A DNA stretch of 64,000 nucleotides, taken from the NCBI GenBank assembly GCA_036732755.1, contig DAINBU010000005.1:3872-67871 (forward strand), given 5' to 3'. The notes under the pieces were generated by a model. That model searched no databases, was not told the origin of the DNA, and was given only the letters and a program-made list of their open reading frames with translations. Each line of letters starts with the position of its first letter. The first letter of the stretch is position 1. A program made the position numbers and the translations under genes. This document shows, piece by piece, positions 60,434-64,000 of this stretch. The stretch is from Planctomycetota bacterium (lineage in GTDB: Bacteria > Planctomycetota > B15-G4 > SIAN01).

Positions 60434-62137
60434 ATGAAGGCGGCGCCCGCCCGGCTCCTGCTCGCGGTCGTCGGCGCTCCGGCGCTGGTCGCGCTGCTGC
60501 TCGCCCTGGTCGAGCTCGGCTACGCCGTCGCCGGCGCCGATCCGCGCCGCCACTACTTCCTGCCCGCCGTCGACGAGGCGGGGCGCGCGCTCCTCGTCGA
60601 GAGCCGCGACCCGCCGATCGCCAACGCCTGCTTCCGCGCCACGCGCTTCACGCGCCGCCCGCCCGAGGGCACGCGCCGCATCGTCTGCGTCGGCGACTCG
60701 ACCTGCTACGGGCTGCCGTTCGACCCGCCGATCCCGTTCTACTGCTGGCTCGAGGCGCGCCTGAAGGTGCTCCTGCCGGAGCGGCCGACCGAGGTGGTGA
60801 ACCTCGCGTCGAACGGCTTTTCGACCGAGGACGTGCTCGACGTGCTGCGCGACGTCGACGGCGCCGGCGCCGACGTGCTGGTCGTCTACGTCGGCCACAA
60901 TGAATTCCTCGACCGCAACCTGCTGCCGCTGCTGAATCCGCTGGCGCACGCGGTCCGGCGCACGCTCGCGCGCTCGCGCTTCGGGACCGACGTGATGACC
61001 GCGGCGCACCAGCCCGCCGACGTGCAGGCGCTCACCCGCTCGATCCACAAGGAGCGGATCCGCGACGAGCCGTTCTTCACGCGGGCGCAGATCGAGTCGG
61101 GCTACCGCCGCTTCCGCGACCACGTCCTGGAGATCGTCGAGTTCGCGCAGGCGCGCGGCGCGCTCGTCGTGCTGGTCCACCCGATCGCCGACGCGGCCGA
61201 CACCGGGACCGGCGTGTCGTTCTTCGCGCCCGCGACGCCCCCCGCGCGGCGCGCCGAGTTCCGCGGGCTCTTCGTCGAGCTCGAGCGCGACCGGCTCGCG
61301 CTGGAGGACGTGAAGCGTCGCGCGCAGCCGCTCGACCCGGCGCGGATCGCCGCCGCCTGGGCGAAGCTCCGCCTGCTGGAGCAGATCGACGCGAGCGTCG
61401 TCGAGCTCCATCACCAGTGCGGCCGCCTGCTGCGGCTCGAGGGGAAGTTCGAGGAGGCGCGCCGCGAGTGCTCGATCGCGCTCGAGAACGATGGCCAGCC
61501 GACGCGCGCGCCGGCGGCGATCCACGCGATCCTCGACGAGGTGGCGCGCGCGCGCGGCGCGCTGGTCGTCGACCCGCGGCCCGCGCTCGACAAGGCGGCG
61601 GCGCCCGACCTGCCCGGCCAGAACGGCTGGTTCACCGACTACGTCCACCCCGACATCCAGGGCCACGAGCTGCTCGCCGACGCGATCCTGCGCGCGCTCG
61701 CGCACGCGAACGCGCTCGCGCCCGAGGCGGAGTGGCGCTTCGGCCACGAGCCGACGTCGCAGGAGTACCTCGACCGCGGCGGCTGGAAGCCGACGAGCGT
61801 CGCCGCGATGAAGTCGCGCGAGGCGCTCTTCCTCCTGGTGCGCGCCTACTACAACAGCGTCTCGGGCGACGAGGTGACGGCGGGCGCGCGCGCGATCTTC
61901 AAGCGCTCGCTCGACATCGACCCGAACTGCGCGCCCGCCTACCTCGGGCTGGGCATGTGCGCGGTCCTCCAGAAGGTCCCGGACGAGGCGATCGAGCAGT
62001 TCGAGCGCGCGCTCGCGATCAACCCGTCCGAGCTCGACCAGCTCTGGGGCCAGTACCGCAGCCAGATCTCGGTCAAGGCGCTCTTCGACGCCGCCGGCCT
62101 CGCGATGAAGGACGGCCGCGTCGTCCGGTCGCAGTGA
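60434..62137 (+). CDS. Membrane-anchored SGNH/GDSL hydrolase with TPR repeats, paralog
   Basis: VGDST, NLASNG, GHNE and DYVHP. Collinear with 58252-59958, including the GRVVRS[EQ] end. Confidence 0.85.
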   Translation: MKAAPARLLLAVVGAPALVALLLALVELGYAVAGADPRRHYFLPAVDEAGRALLVESRDPPIANACFRATRFTRRPPEGTRRIVCVGDSTCYGLPFDPPIPFYCWLEARLKVLLPERPTEVVNLASNGFSTEDVLDVLRDVDGAGADVLVVYVGHNEFLDRNLLPLLNPLAHAVRRTLARSRFGTDVMTAAHQPADVQALTRSIHKERIRDEPFFTRAQIESGYRRFRDHVLEIVEFAQARGALVVLVHPIADAADTGTGVSFFAPATPPARRAEFRGLFVELERDRLALEDVKRRAQPLDPARIAAAWAKLRLLEQIDASVVELHHQCGRLLRLEGKFEEARRECSIALENDGQPTRAPAAIHAILDEVARARGALVVDPRPALDKAAAPDLPGQNGWFTDYVHPDIQGHELLADAILRALAHANALAPEAEWRFGHEPTSQEYLDRGGWKPTSVAAMKSREALFLLVRAYYNSVSGDEVTAGARAIFKRSLDIDPNCAPAYLGLGMCAVLQKVPDEAIEQFERALAINPSELDQLWGQYRSQISVKALFDAAGLAMKDGRVVRSQ

Positions 62138-62160
62138 GGGGCGCCGCGACGATGGGCCGG

Positions 62161-62889
62161 ATGAAGCGGAGCTTCCTGACGCTGCTCTTCGCCGTCGCGG
62201 CCTGCAAGGGGTCGGCGCCCTTCGACCCGCGCGCGCCGCGGCCGGCGCCGAAGGTCGAGCATGCAGGAGCCCTGAGCGAGCTCTTCGACAAGGGTGCGGC
62301 GCCGGGAACGATCGCGCTGCGGCCGCTGCTCGCGAAGCCCCACCTCTATGCACTCGGTCCGCTGGCCAACATGTCGGGCGAGCTGCTGGTCTGGGACGGG
62401 ACGGCCTTCACGAGCCGCGTGGCGGGCGGGCGCGTCGTCGTCGCGACGGAGAGCGACGTGTCGGTGCCGCTGCTGGTCTGGTCGCGCGTCACGAAGTGGC
62501 GGGAGGTCGCGGTCCCCGAGGACGCGTGCGAGCTCGCCGCGTTCGAGGCGTGGCTGCCCGGGGCGGCGCGCGGCGTCGGCATCGACGCGGCGCAGCCCTT
62601 CGCCTTCCAGATCGTCGGCTCGGTGCAGAGCGCGACGCTCCACGTGGTCGCGCTGCCGCCCGGCACGCCGCTCACGCACGAGGCGCACGACGCGTCGAAG
62701 ACGACGCTCGAGCTCGGCGCGACGCCGGTCCAGGCGCTCGGCTTCCATGCGACCGATGCGAAGGGTGTCTGGACGCACCACGACCGCAACATCCATGTCC
62801 ATCTGCGCACGCTGTTCGGCTCGACCTTGGGCCACGTCGACGACTTCACGCTCGCGCCGGGAGCGATCGTCCGCATCGCGTGGCGGTGA
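62161..62889 (+). CDS. Lipoprotein of the alpha-acetolactate decarboxylase fold
   Basis: Lipobox VAAC. GPLANMSGELLVWDG, and HVHL..GHVDDF zinc-site pattern as in AldB/BudA. Confidence 0.7.
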   Translation: MKRSFLTLLFAVAACKGSAPFDPRAPRPAPKVEHAGALSELFDKGAAPGTIALRPLLAKPHLYALGPLANMSGELLVWDGTAFTSRVAGGRVVVATESDVSVPLLVWSRVTKWREVAVPEDACELAAFEAWLPGAARGVGIDAAQPFAFQIVGSVQSATLHVVALPPGTPLTHEAHDASKTTLELGATPVQALGFHATDAKGVWTHHDRNIHVHLRTLFGSTLGHVDDFTLAPGAIVRIAWR

Positions 62890-62902
62890 CGGCGGCGTCG
62901 CG

Positions 62903-64000
62903 ATGAGAGCGGTGCCGAAGAAGCTGCTGCTCGCCTGCGTCGGCGCGCCGGCGCTGGTCGCCGCGCTGCTCGCGCTGGTCGAGCTCGGCTACGTCGTCGC
63001 CGGGGTCGACCCGCGCCGCCACTTCTTCGTCCCCGCGGTCGACGAGCAGGGAAGCCCGCTGCTCGTGCAGGGCGACGATCGTCCCATCGCCGACGTGTCC
63101 TTCCGAACCCGCCGCTTCCCAAGGCGCGCGCCCGCCGGCACGAAGCGCGTCGTCGTCGTGGGCGACTCGACCGGCTTCGGGCTGCCCTTCAACCCGCCGA
63201 TCCCCTTCTACTGCTGGATCGAGGCGCGCCTGAAGCAGCTCCTGCCGGAGGTGCCGACCGAGGTCGTCAACCTCTCGGGGAACGGCTTCGCGAGCGAGAA
63301 CGTGCTCGACATGCTGCACGACGTCGACGGCTCTGGCGCCGACGTGATCGTCGTCTACGTCGGCCACAACGAGTTCATCGACCGCAATCTGCTGCCGATC
63401 TTGAACCCGCTGGCGCACGCCGTCCGCCGGACGCTCGCGCGCTCGCGCTTCGGGACACGGCTGATGACCGCGGCCCACCGGCCGGCCGACGTGCATTTGC
63501 TGGACCGGTCGATCCACAAGGGCAGGGTCCGCGACGAGCCGTTCTTCACGCGAGCGCAGCTCGAATCGGGCTGGCGCCGCTACCGGGAGAACCTGACGCG
63601 GATCGTCGAGTTCGGGCGCGACCACGGCGCGCGCGTGGTCCTCGTCCATCCGGTCTCCGACGCCGTCGACACCGCGGTCGAGCTGTCGTGGTTCGCTCCC
63701 GCGACGCCACCCGAGCGGAGGACCGAGTTCCTCCGGCGGCTGGCCGACTTCGACCACGAACGCATCGAGCTCGACCTCATGAAGCGGCGCAAAGTGCCGC
63801 TCGATCCCGCGCGGATCGCCGCGCTGCGCGCGGCGCTCGAGGAGCTCGGGCGGATCGACGCGACCGTGGTCGAGCTGCACTATCTGCGCGGCCGCGTGCT
63901 CCTGCTCGAGGGCCGCGACGAGGAGGCGCGGCGCGAGTTCTCGACGGCCGTGGAGGAAGACGGCGATCCGGTGCGCGCGACGGCGACGATCCACGCGATC
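62903..64000 (+). CDS. Membrane-anchored SGNH/GDSL hydrolase with TPR repeats, third paralog (runs off the right edge)
   Basis: Not in the ORF track. My translation gives MRAVPKKLLLACVGAPAL..VGDSTGFG..NLSGNG..GHNEFIDRNLLP, open to the window end. Confidence 0.85.
   Translation, partial: MRAVPKKLLLACVGAPALVAALLALVELGYVVAGVDPRRHFFVPAVDEQGSPLLVQGDDRPIADVSFRTRRFPRRAPAGTKRVVVVGDSTGFGLPFNPPIPFYCWIEARLKQLLPEVPTEVVNLSGNGFASENVLDMLHDVDGSGADVIVVYVGHNEFIDRNLLPILNPLAHAVRRTLARSRFGTRLMTAAHRPADVHLLDRSIHKGRVRDEPFFTRAQLESGWRRYRENLTRIVEFGRDHGARVVLVHPVSDAVDTAVELSWFAPATPPERRTEFLRRLADFDHERIELDLMKRRKVPLDPARIAALRAALEELGRIDATVVELHYLRGRVLLLEGRDEEARREFSTAVEEDGDPVRATATIHAI

Noticed and set aside
1-64000. CRISPR array, rRNA/tRNA, transposase, integrase or prophage genes
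   Set aside because: I saw no regularly spaced repeat array, structural RNA signature or recombinase motif on either strand.

Overview
Very GC-rich bacterial DNA, most likely from a Planctomycetota genome. This is an inference from the ECF sigma/Ser-Thr kinase pair, DWG-type kinase, DUF1579, exported redoxins and carboxypeptidase-regulatory-like proteins. I count about 44 protein genes and found no rRNA, tRNA, CRISPR array or transposase. Most very long ORFs in the supplied track are antisense or off-frame shadows, and many real starts lie downstream of the track's starts. From left to right: (1) rhaD-type aldolase/SDR (cut by the left edge), an LplT-PlsC-acyl-ACP synthetase fusion (aas), an orphan rsmH, and two tandem membrane-anchored beta-sandwich paralogs sharing a conserved leaderless-type promoter. 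(2) A GbsR/MarR regulator with a palindromic operator, divergent from two membrane genes. (3) A YtrA/GntR-ABC operon with two long permease-fusion paralogs, one broken by a single in-frame TAG. (4) A minor pilin cluster with a HEAT protein and a nitrilase. (5) A long minus-strand run: two M16 peptidases, a PHP/DUF3604-like hydrolase, a MORN-redoxin lipoprotein, a membrane pseudokinase, a double hairpin, an ECF sigma and a Ser/Thr kinase. (6) A CHASE-PAS-GGDEF cyclase, apaH and hydrolases. (7) A cell-envelope island from 48.9 kb to the right edge, with five GT-C-type membrane glycosyltransferases, three SGNH-TPR paralogs and a 209-bp near-perfect direct repeat bracketing a 6-kb lower-GC block. 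Regions 5 and 7, the amber-interrupted permease and the direct repeat are the best leads. All family calls come from motifs read by eye, with no database search.
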